Of a stretch of DNA of 64,000 nt, positions 1 through 13,919 are shown piece after piece. Both the position numbers and the translations under genes were made by a program. Location of the stretch: positions 85,996,001-86,060,000 of the forward strand of contig NC_045696.1 of the NCBI RefSeq assembly GCF_009834535.1, in the 5' to 3' direction. The notes beneath the pieces were generated by a model. The model was given only the letters and a program-made list of their open reading frames with translations, was not told the DNA's origin and did not search any database. Position 1 is the first letter of the stretch. Each line of letters opens with the position of its first letter. Source of the DNA: Camelus ferus (taxonomy: Eukaryota).

Positions 1-1480
1 ACAGAATGTAATGCAGAATGTAATAAAAATGTGTAAATGTATTGCAAACTTATGAAACAACTTCAAGGAAGGGAGTGGGGAGAAAGGTGCTGAACAAAGT
101 AACTCTCTAAATGAGTGGAGTCTGTAAGACTAAAGGCAAACATAGCTGCCTATAAACACTGTGCTCCAGCTGACAAACTTGTGTCTGATAAGAATGCAGG
201 TTAAGAATTCTACTACTGCTATATGTATGCATTGGAATTGAACAACAGAGTAATGGATGATGGATAGGAGCTAAGTTTCTCACTGTTAGAGTGGAGGTTT
301 AAAGAAGGCTAAGATAATACACGTAGTATTAATGGGAGTTGCAGATACTAATATAAAAGATGTTTTATATATATGTATTGATATTTGTGTGATATATTTA
401 TATGTGTGTGTATAGTTTGGTAAAAACAATAAACATATATTTCCTTGCTTTGTCACCTGAGAGGGCCTAGAAGCAATGACACCCCAGTAGCAATAAGCAC
501 ACCTAGCACCTATATCTTGGTTTTAAATACCATTCTCCAATTAAAGGAAATAGGGCCCCTTGGAGATACAGCTGTTTGTAGGATTGGGATAAGACATGCA
601 CAAGATAAGCCTGGAGAAACTTCTAGTGCCAAAAAAAGTTAAAGCATTTACATACATAGGGGTTATGTCAAATGCACACAGGAATCAATTGATAGAGCTC
701 CAGTGACCAAAGCTGAAAAAGTTTGGGTAACAAACATATAAATTAGTTGAATTGGAACCCAAATGATGCAATAAACATTCTTGAGTCTATGCTGATACAA
801 ATAAAAGATTAGATACATAAATAAATGGGGAGATAGACAACTCACTCATGTAGAAGAATTCAAAATAACTTAAGTGGGTATACTGCCTACAAGGAAGCAA
901 ATCTCCCCACTGCTTAAGTATGGACTGTACATAGAGACTTCATTTCGAAGAGTATAGTTTGCAAAAGGAAAAGAAGAGTAACTTCACAATGGAGAAATCT
1001 GACAAATGCTACCTAGAGCCAAGTGACCAAGATTAACCTCAAAGGTAATAATTCATGCTGATGGTAGGTACCCTTGATGTGACAGGATGAGAATGTCTCT
1101 TCATCTTTGTGGTTTTCTTCCCAATAATATCCTGAATTGAATCATAAGGAAAACATCAAACAAATCCCAACTGAAGGACATTTTACAAAATATATGACCA
1201 GTACTCCTTAGAACTGTCAGTCATCAAAAATATGGAAAGTCTGAAAAACTGAAGCAGCTTAGAATAACCCAAAGAGATATGAAGACTAAATGAAATGTGT
1301 TACTCTCGATAGGATTGAAACTGGGTTTAAGGTACATGAGGATCTTCTATCTTCCCAAATTTTCTGTAAATTTAAGCCCTCTCTAAGATAAATATTAACT
1401 TAAATAATTTGTCACTTTATTTTTTTCTTTTATTTAAAGGAAAATAAGAAGTTTACTTAAAAAAAATACTGAAAAAAAAA
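1..1480 (+). mobile_element. Old LINE-1 3' UTR (L1MC3/L1MC4-like) ending in an A-rich tail
   Basis: Diagnostic L1MC 3' motifs: gagagggcctagaagcaatgacaccccagtagcaataagcacacctagcac (~460-510), gtgaccaaagctg, aaatcccaactgaaggacattttacaaaatatatgaccagtactcct (~1160-1210). A-rich end at ~1440-1482. Confidence 0.85.
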
Positions 1481-1519
1481 AGAGGAGAGACTGAAAAGCA
1501 AAGCCCTAAAGGCATTAAA

Positions 1520-2000
1520 CAACTCCCCCTGATCTGCTTATTTCTTACATTATCTCTATTTACTCCCCCTGACTTCATCCATTGGAAATCAGAGACCTCC
1601 TTGTTTCTCTAACACAGCCTGCTCCCACTTCAGGGCATTGGTTTTCCTCTCTGTTTAGAACGTTCTTCCCTTGCATGACTGACCGCTGACCTCCAAGTTT
1701 TTGTTCATATTTTGCTTTCTTGATGAGAACTACCTAGACTTCACTAATTAAATTGCAAGTTTTCCCCATCCTGCCATGCCAGTATCCCTTGCTGTATATT
1801 TATTTCATTTTACTGAATACTTTCTAACATAGTATATATTTTATGTGCTATGTTAATTATTTATGTTCCATACATAGCACTAGAATATGAGCTCTGCAAA
1901 GGTAGGAAACTTTATTACTTTCTTGAACATTTTCCCAGACAGTTCCTAGTCCATAATAGACACTCTATAAATATTTACTGAATGAGTAGAAGAATAAATT
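1520..2000 (+). mobile_element. LINE-2 3' end (L2a-like)
   Basis: cctgctcccacttcagggcattgg...actagaatatgagctctgcaaaggtagg...aaatatttactgaatgag follows the L2 3' terminal pattern. Confidence 0.75.
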
Positions 2001-2499
2001 TAAATAACCAGATTTCCTATATCCTTTGCATTTAATTATCCTACCAGGATAACCCAACGGCCTTGATTAGCCCGGAGCTTGGTGAAAAGGTGGAACTGAG
2101 ACTCTTATATAAAATCAGTTGAGTGATTTAACTCTTAGCTAAAAAATGGACTAGCGTAAATTTACTTCAAGAAAGAGGCTATAAAAGAAAGCATTGCAAC
2201 AAAAACTCAGTTGTTTCAGTAAGAGCTTTGCATGAAATAGTAATGATAATAAATGTTCCCTGAGAACTTGTTAGCACACTCCTGATCTCAAGTGCATTTG
2301 CAATTTAAATTTTAAAATACTGTGGTGGTTCAGAATACTTGTGTGTTAGGGTGTTAAATTTGATTATATTATAAAGACATCATAGACAACCATAGCCACT
2401 GACCTAATGAATAGATTGATAACACATCTAAATAATAAAATATTATTATCCATTATATATGTCATTCTCTCATAATCTGATAATAAAGTTAATGGGTGA

Positions 2500-3060
2500 A
2501 AATGTGTCAAGGCAAGTGAGAGAAGAAGAAATCTGAATGGTTAATAAACACATGAAAAATATTCCATTTCAGGCAATTCAAAAATCAATCACTAAGAGAT
2601 CCTGTTTCAGACAACTTATGATTCCAAATTATGAAGTTCAGCAGTACAAAATGTTGAAAATGTAGCAAAACAATGAAACTCAAATTCTCAGAGTGCAGTA
2701 CAAAAATTTTGGTAAGCAATTTGTCAAAATTTAGGGATTTTGATACTCTCCGACCCAGTAATTCTAGTCCTAGATTTAAAGCATAGAATCACTCTTAAAC
2801 ATACACACAAATACATATATAAAAATATTTATAACAACATTTTTAATAGTTAAAAGTTAGAAACCACCAACATATTTGTTATATGAAAAATGGGTATGTA
2901 AATCATAGTATATTAACACACTGAAATTTTATACAAAATGGCAAAAAATAAAAGACATATGTACAAAAATGGCTAACCCTCCAAAAATCACATTTAAAAT
3001 TATAAATTATAATACTATTTGTTTCCATTTTATAAAACAAGTCTACGTATTCCTTAAGTT
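2500..3060 (+). mobile_element. Degraded L1 (L1ME-like) ORF2 end / 3' UTR
   Basis: gaaatctgaatggttaataaacacatgaaaaatattc, gacccagtaattctagtcctag and agttagaaaccaccaac resemble the L1 ORF2 C-terminal region. Confidence 0.6.
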
Positions 3061-5539
3061 TACAAACAAATAAAGTAAAAATATAGAGACACACCTAGTG
3101 AGGTGGAACACCTTATTCAACTTTAATGCTAAATACCTTACTCTTTTCACACATCCCTCTCAGCTTAAGGGGAGGGAAGCAGCTTCAGGGCTATGCGTAA
3201 TCTTGCATCTTCAGCAGGTAGTGTGAAGATGAGTTTTTAATATTTTATTCATCATGCAGTTCTACGCATGAATTATTTCAAAATTGCAGTACACGAGAAA
3301 CAAAATAAAGCACAGTATCAGTGTTTGTCTTCCAACATGGGTAGCTTCAGTGAGATCAGAGAGGTAGATATTCTTAGAGCAAGCTCCAAAAGGGAAGGAT
3401 AATAGTAAGTAATATAAGATTACTATCTGTGCCTTTAACTTTACTTGTAAGTAAGATCCACTGCACCAGGTTTCCACAAGAAGCACTCCAGAAAATTGTT
3501 ATCCCTTGTGCCTATTGAGGTGCATCCAAGGCAATGGCAGCAACAGACTTGTATTTTAACATTTACATGCAGTGTCTACAGCCAGATTTAGTCTTCAGAA
3601 ATGGAAAGCCACCAGCCTTGGACCCATCCACTTAACTCAGTAGATTCTGGCAGCAGAGGTACTAGATAGCACAGGTAGTTCACCATGTGTTTCAAAGGTG
3701 GTCCCTTAGTATTTCACATTCTTTGAATAATTTGCTGGCTGGTAAAAAAAAATGTTCCAGAAATTAAAACAGCTACAGCTCTTGGATTTTTGTTACTGCA
3801 CTTTAAAGGTGTGAATCATTCATATTTTTTCATTGTTGTTACGGGATTTACTATTCTGGATTCTTTTTGTCTTTTAACCTAGGAGCAGTGAGTTATTATA
3901 ATACATTTGGACCCTTTTAGTTCTTTCCTTCATTGGGAAGGAAGCTTTTTGTAGAAAAGTTACAGCCAAATGAACATCTGTTCATGTTGACCTAATGACA
4001 GGAAAACACTGCTCTGGTAGTCTTTTCTGCAGTTAGGCTCAGCCCATATATGTACCAGCGTGGTTGGTCATTCATTATCTTGGCTTCCTGCAAAGAATTT
4101 CATACTAAGGATACAGAAAATGCTGTCTTCATGGTTTAAGGATTTATATCCCTGGTTTCTTTGCCACTCAAAGAATTATACATTATCTCTCCTGTTAATT
4201 TTTTCCTCCATGGCTTGACTAGTTGAAAGCCAAGTCCATTGCCTGGCCTTTTTCAAGTCTAGCACAATAGAGTTAATACACCAGCTCCAATTCTTAATTA
4301 GGGCTAATTACTAGAAGAAATTCAATAGGAATCCCATTTTTGTCTCCACTACCAGTACCAAAATCTTCATGACTTAGAAACTCCTGGTGTACAAGTTAAT
4401 GAACTTCTGCCATGGTTACATCTGATGGACTTTTCATATACATATTTTGCTCCACTCTATTTAGATTTTTTTGGAAGAGACCATGTGATAGACCTCAAAC
4501 CATCTGCCCTTTTGAGCCTTAGATGCTTCATTTGCTTAATAGTGACACTATTCTTTTAGGTAATTATCATTGGTAATGAGGCTGCACATTTCCCATTTCC
4601 CAATGACTGACTTCATATTTTGGGAACAAATCCAAAGCATTTTGTGTTTCTATTTCCAGCCTCCCTTAGTTTCTTATGTTTGGATTTCATTACCATTAAC
4701 TCTAGTTTAATATATTTGGCAATTATTTAATGAAGAGTATATGTATGTGTATGTTTATGTGTATGTGTCTGTCTGTATATAAATTTTGTTAGGGAGTTGA
4801 AGAGTAATCTTTACATGATTAATTTAATGTATACTAAACATAAACATTACTGTAAGCTAGCTCTTTGAAGACTAGGTATAGTTTTTTTTGTTTCTTTTTT
4901 CTCTTTTGACACCCATTCTCAAATGTCTGCATTGTTAATTGAATTGTACTTTAGGAATAAATACTTATACTGAATCCTTTTTTTTTTTTTTTTCCATTTC
5001 TAGGCCAGAGTCTGTAAGTTATAAACTTTCATAAGTTGTAAGGTCCCCTGGGTTGCAATTTGCATCCCTGACTAGAATCTATTCATTTGAAACCATAAAT
5101 ATTTTTAAGCAATTTTCATGCTCAAATAGTCATGAAATTGAGGGGGCTTTCAGCTTCAGTAAATCATATATATTTTTCTATTCTCGTTAAGTACTTTTCC
5201 TTTGTGCAGATGTGGCATATGTTCTTAAGTTATTTATGGCAGTACCTTTTTGGTAAGATGGAACCAGTAGAAAGAATTCTACATTAATTTTTTGACTTAC
5301 ACCTAAAAGAAGTGATGAACAATTCAACATGCCATAAATTAAAAAGCTTGTATCGAAAAAGTCACAATCAGAAACATAGAGAATAAAATTTTTACAGCTG
5401 TATTTTGAGATCAAAGACAATATTTAAGATGATGCTTAACAAAGGATATTGTATATAATAGACATAATTTTCCCCTATTTTGAATAACCTGTCATGATTT
5501 TATTAACATTAAAATATATTGTAAAATCCACATAACATA

Positions 5540-5720
5540 GTAAGAGCTTCACCATGCAGTTTCTTACCACTTTTAATGTATTGCTTAGTTTTCTTCTCAC
5601 AACAGATCTACCAAGGCAAAATTATTGTTATTTCCATATTACAGATCAGGAACAAGCAGGGGAGAAGTCATTTAAGATAGATCAACTCTAGAATAAATGT
5701 GCTTAATTCTCACACTATAT
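5540..5720 (-). mobile_element. MIR SINE fragment
   Basis: ctcacaacagatctaccaaggcaaaattattgttatttccatattacagatcaggaac resembles the reverse MIR core (attattatccccattttacagatgaggaaact). Confidence 0.55.
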
Positions 5721-7654
5721 TGCTTTCTCTCTCCAGACATATTTCTTTCCAAATACATCAATTATGACATAATAATAGCTATCTAATGTTTACTTATCCT
5801 TCTCTTCTGAAGGGACTAATAGACTTAAACAAATATTTGTTATTACACATTTTAAGATTAATAAGGTGTAGCCTGTGTATTAATTCTCACTTTCTTTTGC
5901 ACATGGTGTGAATACAAATAGTATGAACTCCAAACATTACAGAGGTTAACCACAGGGAAGTTTAATAGTCTAACAGAAATTTAGTGCACCATAATGCAGG
6001 ATAGGAAATCTATACCTCTTTCTCTTTCTGTGGCCCAGTTAGGCATTTGACAGATTTAAACGCTCTCAGGGGTTGACTGATGGGAACAGGATGAGATTAG
6101 GAGGAACTTGAAGTCATTATTGCAATTTTTATGGCATTGGATTTTTTTTTTTTTAAGATTTTTACAAAAGTTTCTCTCCAAGTGTAAGGTTTGGTTGAGG
6201 CTGATACCACTTCCATGGTGTCATCAGGCATCTTGTTTTTAATAATAAAATATTCCAAGATTATGCACACCACTGAAGTCTATTCTGGTACATTATATTA
6301 CAACACTATGAGACCACAAGTTTTAGGAATGTGTTTTGGGACCAGTAAAACAGTTTTTAAATGATGACTCAAAAAAGTTTATAGAATGCATGATTTTCCT
6401 GTTGACATTGACCTGAAATATATTATCCAAGTAAACAATATTTGAAATGCAACATGTTAGCTAACTTTGTAAAAAACTTTGTAACAAGAAGGCTCTTTAT
6501 AAATGTACATCATGAACCAGTGATGATATTTAAACAGTATGTCAATACTAGTATAAAAATTATCTTTATATTATAACTAAATTCTATGAAAGTACTAATA
6601 TCTGTTTAAATAGAATCCTTTCCATTAAATAATAGACAATTTTTCTGATTTTCCAAGTGTCTGTTTTAATAGTTTATACCTATGATGTATGCTGGTCATT
6701 AGGGCAAAACTTAGTATCTTAACACTTGTGAACCACACTAATGTACTTCAATTTTAATAAAATAATGTACATCCCTGAGTAATGATTATTATCAGTAATT
6801 TTCAAAGGCTAACTTTGTATAAAAGGAATTAAATAAAGCTCTCCATTATATAACATATATTCAATTTTTTGAGTTGCTTGAGTATCTATGGAATTTCCTG
6901 CTCTTCTTTTATATCCTTTATATCTAAGGAAATTTTCAGGGTTGGGCGTTGGGAGAATATCAATACTATTTTACAAGCAAATACAGATAATATCAGTAGA
7001 TGAGAAAAACTGTCTCCAACACAGAATAATATTTCAATTTTGATAAGAATAGAATCAAATTAAGAAAAACCATAGTTTTCAAAACCATTCAGATTTGTTA
7101 ATATACTTTAGGGAATTTTTTTGTGTGTTGAAACCAACCTTTTTTATGGTTGGCATAAAAAAGAGCTTTATTTTTTAATAGACTCCTTTTGTGAAGATAA
7201 GGGAAGCAGTTTATTGTAGGTATCTCATCAGCAATAAGGCATGCAGCTGTTTGTAGCCCCTGGCTAAATCAGGATTTAATCAGAATTACAAGCAGCATTC
7301 CCCATACTCCCTTTGTACAAAACTCTTACATAAATTGTTCTTGTGTCTCTTAAATTATTCTTCAAGATAAACATTTTTAATTGCATTGTTATTGAGAAAT
7401 TCATAGATTAACATGAAAGTTCATGGATCTTAAAATAGACTCACATGTAATATTTTCAGGGCCCGTGAGAACTTCATATCATATGTCTTAATGCTTAAAA
7501 ATATAAATCATGCTAACAAATTATTAAATAAAGCATGTCTTTTATCTTGACAAATATAACCTTATTATGACAAAATTAAAAATATAATAATAACATTGCA
7601 AACTTCAAATTTATTAAAGACAGTTACATTTATTGTGATTTGTGTATGGACTGG

Positions 7655-7803
7655 TGATAATCACATCAAAGCAGAAATTATACTGGACAAAGTTAAAAAG
7701 ACAAGGAAGACTTCATTCAAAGTATTGTAATTGAGGAGGGAAGCCAGAACAGTCTTCATTCCTCTCTAGTAAAACAAAGGGTGGAGAATTTCAAAGTGCT
7801 GGC

Positions 7804-7874
<71 letters not shown>

Positions 7875-8270
7875 GTGCATCATAGGCCCCTGTGTTTGCT
7901 GATTATCCTTACCCAAGGGAAAAGTAAATGTTCATATACTTCATGGCAGACGGTAGCTTTACAATTTGATACCAGAGGAAGTTGGGCTTCTGTCCTCCTA
8001 CATAGATTGGTAAATATAGGCTCCATCTTTCTTGATTATTACATTTCAAAGAGATGGCTCCCAGGTCTTTGAGAAGTACAGCCTGGGGTGTAATATTGGC
8101 AAGAGGCTTTTTAAAGAGATTTACCTCTCAAAGGGACAAAGAAATAATTCACAGTTACGTATTTTCTAAAGGGTGGAACAGAAATCTCTGTACTTAGGCC
8201 ATTTGGATTCTGTGATCACCAAAATGAGAGGGAGGTCAGCACCTTATGGTCAAGAAGAAGCTTGCCTAAA
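7655..8270 (-). mobile_element. ERV1-class solo LTR (MER4-group-like) containing a microsatellite
   Basis: aaggaagacttcattcaa near one end and attacatttcaaagagatggctcccaggtctttgagaag...gatttacctctcaaagggacaaagaaa are typical of reverse-oriented old ERV1 LTRs. Confidence 0.6.
7804..7874. repeat. Compound (GT)n(GA)n microsatellite
   Basis: Directly visible; produces the spurious ORF 7806-8072. Confidence 0.97.
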
Positions 8271-11200
8271 CCACAATTAAAAATAATAATCTAAAAGATT
8301 TAAAAATAAAATATTCTTAAGCTTTTTAAAATGCTCTTAATGTTCTCAGATGATCTATCAATATTAAAAGGCAAAATAGAAGTTTTAATTGAGTATACAT
8401 TTTAAATAAAAATAATTAATATTGAATATTTAAAGTTGAATTTTGAAAATGTATAAATCTTACTAAATATTTTAATAGAAATAAAACTACTGACAATTCT
8501 AATGCTCAATGCCCATTAAATGACTATTCAAGTCATATTTCTTGAATGCATTATCTAGATAGATCTATCTATGTATCCAATTTTCAGGATTGCACAATTT
8601 GTAAAATAGGGCAAAATGTTTCTCAGCCACTTTGTACAAACGGTTCTGAGTTACTCCAGACCAACAACCTGGAAGGCAAAAGGAAGCATGAAAATGGACA
8701 TGAAGCTCAGCTGAGAAGTGACACTTTTTCATTTTGTTTTGAAAGAATGTATTTCATTCTTGCTGAGAAAAAAAAAAAAGTTGGTAACAGATTTATCTTT
8801 TCTCTTAGCTAAGTGCTTCTATGGTTCAAACCCTTCACATTCATAAAAAGTGTCTGATTCCAGGCTCAGTTGCAGTATAACCCACACACTTTCCTGTCGG
8901 AGGACCATTATCTTTTGCTTTGAGGATGCAGATCTTCATTTCTCCAGGGTGTAATGATGTTAATAATGAGATGTAAAGTTAATGGTTTTAGTACATGATG
9001 TCCTAGAGCTGAACACTGAATTCAAATATCATCTGCATGCATGAGGTCCAGGACAGGGGTCCTTACCCAAGTCTAGAGAATTGATCCAAGACTGAAATCT
9101 TTGGACTGTGGAATCATTACCACTGCATACTTTAATTAAAAATTTAAACCATTTACTTGAAACTTGTTCAAACGCTTGTTTTGATAATTAGAGTGTATTT
9201 AACACCTGTTTTTGTCTCTTTGACGTGTGTGGGATAGCTGATTTAGTATCTTAAGCTACCTGAATGTTACTAATTAAAGATACTAATCCATTTACATTTG
9301 ACTTATACCTTTCCTGAATCTATACAGCACTTTTTGAACTATACAATTAAGGTAAATTTCATGTTCTGATGAAGAACTCATTTAAATAATTCACATTATC
9401 AGCCAATTATGACTTTTTGTGTTTTGTGCCCTTGAAAAGGATATTAATATTTGCTAAAATACTGCTGTCATTTTTCACACATTGAAAGTATTAGTCATGA
9501 ACTTAAATAAGAGATCCACCTTAGAGAGAGAAGTTCAACTTTTTTATTATAATTTTATAAATAATGTGTATGTCACATAAAGCACATACTTATTGTGGAT
9601 AGAATAACTTTACTGACAATTGTAAATATCTCCCATCAAGCTAAAAGGATGTGTTTGGCTTCAATGAAATATCATAATTTTAATTTTTAAAATATATGGT
9701 ATAAATTCACTGTGAATGCTTGGGTTATATATTGGGATGTTCCAAGCATTGTTGTAATTTGTAGGAAACAGTCAAGAAGATGGAAAGTAGTGGGTAACTA
9801 GCTCGATCAGAAACATTTGAGAAAATTGCATTCAATGTGAGAACATTCAAATTTTACAAGAAGGTGAGACAGTTATTGAGTAAAAATGATATCCTACAAA
9901 CAAAAATATAATTTAAAGCTCAATTCAAAGCTCAAAAAGGATATCTAATTATTGACAGTTATTGCTACAATTATGATTGCAGTGATTTTATAGAAAATGA
10001 TTTGGTTTAAAATCTGAAATTTTAAGCCAAAGTTAAAACTAAACATTTGTATTTTTAATCATTACTATGTTTGTTTGTATTTTTATTATTATAGATTTAT
10101 TTATTGACTATCTAACGTTTCTGATTTACTTTATAAAGTGGGCTGCATGATTTGCCAAGGTGGATAGGACTTAGTTATACCTTGCAAGAATATGAGACTT
10201 TGGTTACCAGAAGCATAAATCAATTGTGATGCTTGTTGATATTGCTTACTGTTAATGACTTTTAAAGCAGTATTTTCCTTTTACACTTAACATTAAATTT
10301 AGATGTAATTCAGTACGATGGGAGCAGAATGAGGAAGCCCTGAAGCAAACTGAGTAGGACCATCCTTGGGAGTAAATTGCTCCTTTGTTTCTGGGTTAAA
10401 TTTTTAGGTAGGAATGATTACAGTTTGAATCTAAGTAATTCTTTTTACAGTTTCAACCCTCAGATTGTCTTAAATCTCTGAGAGTTATCCATGTTTTTCA
10501 TCTTTTAATAGTTGAGATTGATGGTTCTAAAAGATATAGTTTAATGATTCTATGATTAAAAATTGAAAGTATTGAGATTAATATAATGTAGTACCAATAT
10601 AATGTTATTATTTGTTTCAGTTAATATTTCCTCATCAAGCCTTATCATCAGCTCCTAAATTAAGTATAATTTTAAAGTTTATCTTTCAAACAAGCATTAA
10701 CTAGGCATTTACTTTGTGGGGCTCAACACCATGAGTTGTATAAATAGATAAATAGTATTCCTTCCTGCACTAATAGAGTGCATAGACTCCAGGAAGAAAA
10801 GAGGAACTAATTTTATAAAGCAGATGACATCTACCATTTATTCTTTCTGAATTAATAAAAGCATGAAGTATCCCACAATTTTTTTACACTAGAATCAGAT
10901 GTGTCCATTAGATGAGTCAGAAAAGCTGAGTGCTTATAGTCTGAAGTCAAGAATAAAGAAGTATTTTCTCTGTCGATTATAGCGAATTTTGATATTTTAT
11001 TTATTCTTTTAGTATGAGTATCTACTATTATTACACTAAAATTCATTATATATTAATATATAATCACACATTGATTACATCCTATTTATGTAGATATATT
11101 CTATATAAAATTCAATCATATAGAATATTATTATATTACACCACAGTATAGAATCTTACACTCAAAAGAGAATATAAAAGGTGATATCAGTACCTTTAAC

Positions 11201-11689
11201 TTTCTTTTTGAGAAAGTTTTTTTCTGTCTCTGTGGGTCCTTTTGTTTTAGGGGCTGTTCAGTGACCTGCTGCTCTCAGATACTTAAACTTTAGGCCAATC
11301 ATCTGTGTAGTTACAAAGGGGCTAGAGGAACTCAATAATCATATGCATCCAGAAGAAGGAATGGCTTTTGATTATGGATTATTACATGCACATTGGAGGA
11401 CCATCATATTCTTCTAAGATTGTATCTGAATTGAACTATTTGGATTTCAAAGCCTCTGAATATCACACTTCCATACTGAGAACTTCTGTCCTTGTGCAAT
11501 GGAGTTTTATTCATAACCAAACTTATTTACTGTGTATTTAATAAAAAATCAGGATTCTTAGCACTATCATATTAAAATAGCTTAATCATATCCATGTATA
11601 TGATTAAGAGATGGCAGAACCATCAACTATGATCTACCACCAACTATGATCTACCACCTAATAAGGTGCAGTCCATCTCCACTGCTGAA

Positions 11690-12150
11690 GATTAAACTGC
11701 TGGTTACTTGCTCTTAGGCGCACCTTCTGTCAAGTTGGTGGCTATGACTTGGGCCTCACCAATTATTGCACCTATCGCAGCTGGACATACAGAAAGCAGT
11801 GGATATGGAAGCTGTCCTTGTGAGCACTATAACAGGGAAGGCAGCTATAGCCACATCCAGGTAGCAGTGGCTGGCAGTGGTTTTAGCACCCTCAGTATCC
11901 AGAGCTGATGATGTCAGAGGTGCACTTTTCAATGTTTGTTCTCAAGGATATTGGCCAAAAAAAAAAGTGTTCTTGCTGTTAGGTGACAAAGCTTGTGACG
12001 TTATTCCTGGCTACATAGGCTTCAGATTTGATCTAGACACATCCCGAAGTTTGTGTGAGCTACTGAGTTACCTTTTATTAAATTCCCTTTCAATTTAAAT
12101 TAGCCAAAGCTGATATCTGATGCTTGCATTTAAGAATGATGACTGTTATA
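11690..12150 (+). mobile_element. ERVL-class LTR (LTR33-like)
   Basis: 3' end tgtgagctactgagttaccttttattaaattccctttcaatttaaattagccaaagctgatatctgatgcttgcatttaagaatgatgactgttata matches the LTR33-type terminus. Confidence 0.65.
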
Positions 12151-13919
12151 GGGGAAAAAACAATTAAAATACTTTAAATACTATGTGTCTTGGAGATGGA
12201 AGTTTCTCTATTTTATAAAGCACTTTTTTTTATCCTTAATTAATTAGATAAATGTGTTATACACTTACTATATGTGATTCTGTGTGGTAGAACTTGCAGT
12301 TTTTGGAGTGTCTTGAGTCTCTCACTCCGTATAATTTTTTTGTTTGCTTTTAATTAGATTCTAAAGGCCTATTAACAGCTGGAACATATTCATTCATGTG
12401 ACTCCTTAAATGAACCATTTTTTTTTCAAGTCAAGAGTTTTTATGAGATCAGATTTGTAAAATTCTTCCCATATCTGTTTATTTCATTATCATCATTTAT
12501 AGATTTGTTATTATCACATACATATGTATCTGACACATATATGTGTGTGTCATATATATGTACATAGAGTTTTCATAAGCATAATAAAGGAAAAACATTA
12601 TTTAGATATCTTTCAATTAAGTATCTCGAAGGGCAAATTGTCCAGGCAATGCTTCTACTCTACATAGTTACCTTTCTTTCTATCCTTGAGGCCCTGGGTG
12701 CCTTATTAAAAGCCCCCAAAGCTGCTCTTTTACCTTGAAGGTTTTGCCGCACGGTCTGTGTTGAAACACCAAATGCTCTTTTCATTTGTCTCCAGTCTTA
12801 ATTCATGTGCTTCAGAATTAGATTTTCCATATTTGTCCCTCGGTTCCCTCTCTCTTGTCTGTCTCTCTCCCTCCTTCTACATGGAAGCTTGGTTTAAGAT
12901 TTGCCTGTGCAAAATTGTGGTTTCTCCCTGAGATGCTACCTTTCACTTGTTAGACCTCATCTCCAGGAAATGCAACCTGGTAGGAGTACCCAGCTCTGTC
13001 TGACCTTGGCACAGGCTCTGCATGCTGCACGCGGCCGGAACCTCACTCCACAGGCTCCAGCATGTCTGGGACAGGAGGTAATCTGACAAGAATAATATAA
13101 TAGCCAGAGGCAGCCTGCACACCAAGTGCATCATTGCCAGAACAGCAGAAATGCTAAGTTTACCGTAAGGGATGAGCAGCTTTTTTAAAGTGTCTAGCTG
13201 CAGGAAATTAAAGCTTCCAGATGGCAGAATCGCTGCTGATCTTCATCCAGACACCCCACCCCGCAATCCTCCAAGACACAGCCCCAATCTTAGCAATTCT
13301 AGGCTTAAACTCAAGAGGCAATCTTCTCCCCTTTTCCCATCCTTTCTTCTTCCCACTCTTAGATATGTAGGGCATTCTTTTTTTTTTTTTTTCTGCTAAA
13401 ATTATAGGTACAAACTGAAATTTATTTAAAAACAGTATAGTTTAGTTTGGAAAATAAAGAAATAGACTCAGAAGACATAGGATGATTTATTCTCTCACCC
13501 ACACTTGTGCCAAATAGTGCAAATAATTATACCTGCCTAGGCTTCAAGACACTTTCTTCTGAAAAACTTATTGTCTACAATGTTCTGTGAGAGCAAGAAT
13601 CATGGTGCTTTGGTTAAAAAAAAATGTAAAAGGCTTTAAAATCCGAATCCGTAATATAATAATGTCCTACCGTCTCCCCATCTGGAGATCAGACTCCTGG
13701 CAACGTGAAGCACAGGCCCAACTCCAAACTCAACAATAGATCACGAAGGTTCTCGGGAGTAAGCATGGAGTTCACAGTGCATTTCACTTATTTCATGGGG
13801 ACACTCTGCAACTATCATCAAACTTAGAAAGTTGCTCATAAAGCAACAGGGAAATATTTTATTACTAAACAGAAGCAGATAAATATTAAAGGGAGATCAG
13901 TATTTCATCTTGGAAAAAT

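Larger units (their letters stand above)
7430..9076 (-). mobile_element. Degraded hAT-Tip100 DNA transposon (Zaphod3/MER91-related), interrupted by an LTR
   Basis: Left end tagactcacatgtaatattttcagggcccgtgagaac resembles MER91-type subterminal sequence. Right end read in reverse is ctagacttgggtaaggacccctgtcctggacctcatgc. The reverse of ~8495-8560 resembles a decayed hAT C-terminal dimerisation-domain coding segment. Confidence 0.45.

Noticed and set aside
9200..10130. Possible second DNA-transposon remnant
   Set aside because: AT-rich with no terminal repeats or recognisable transposase motif that I could support.
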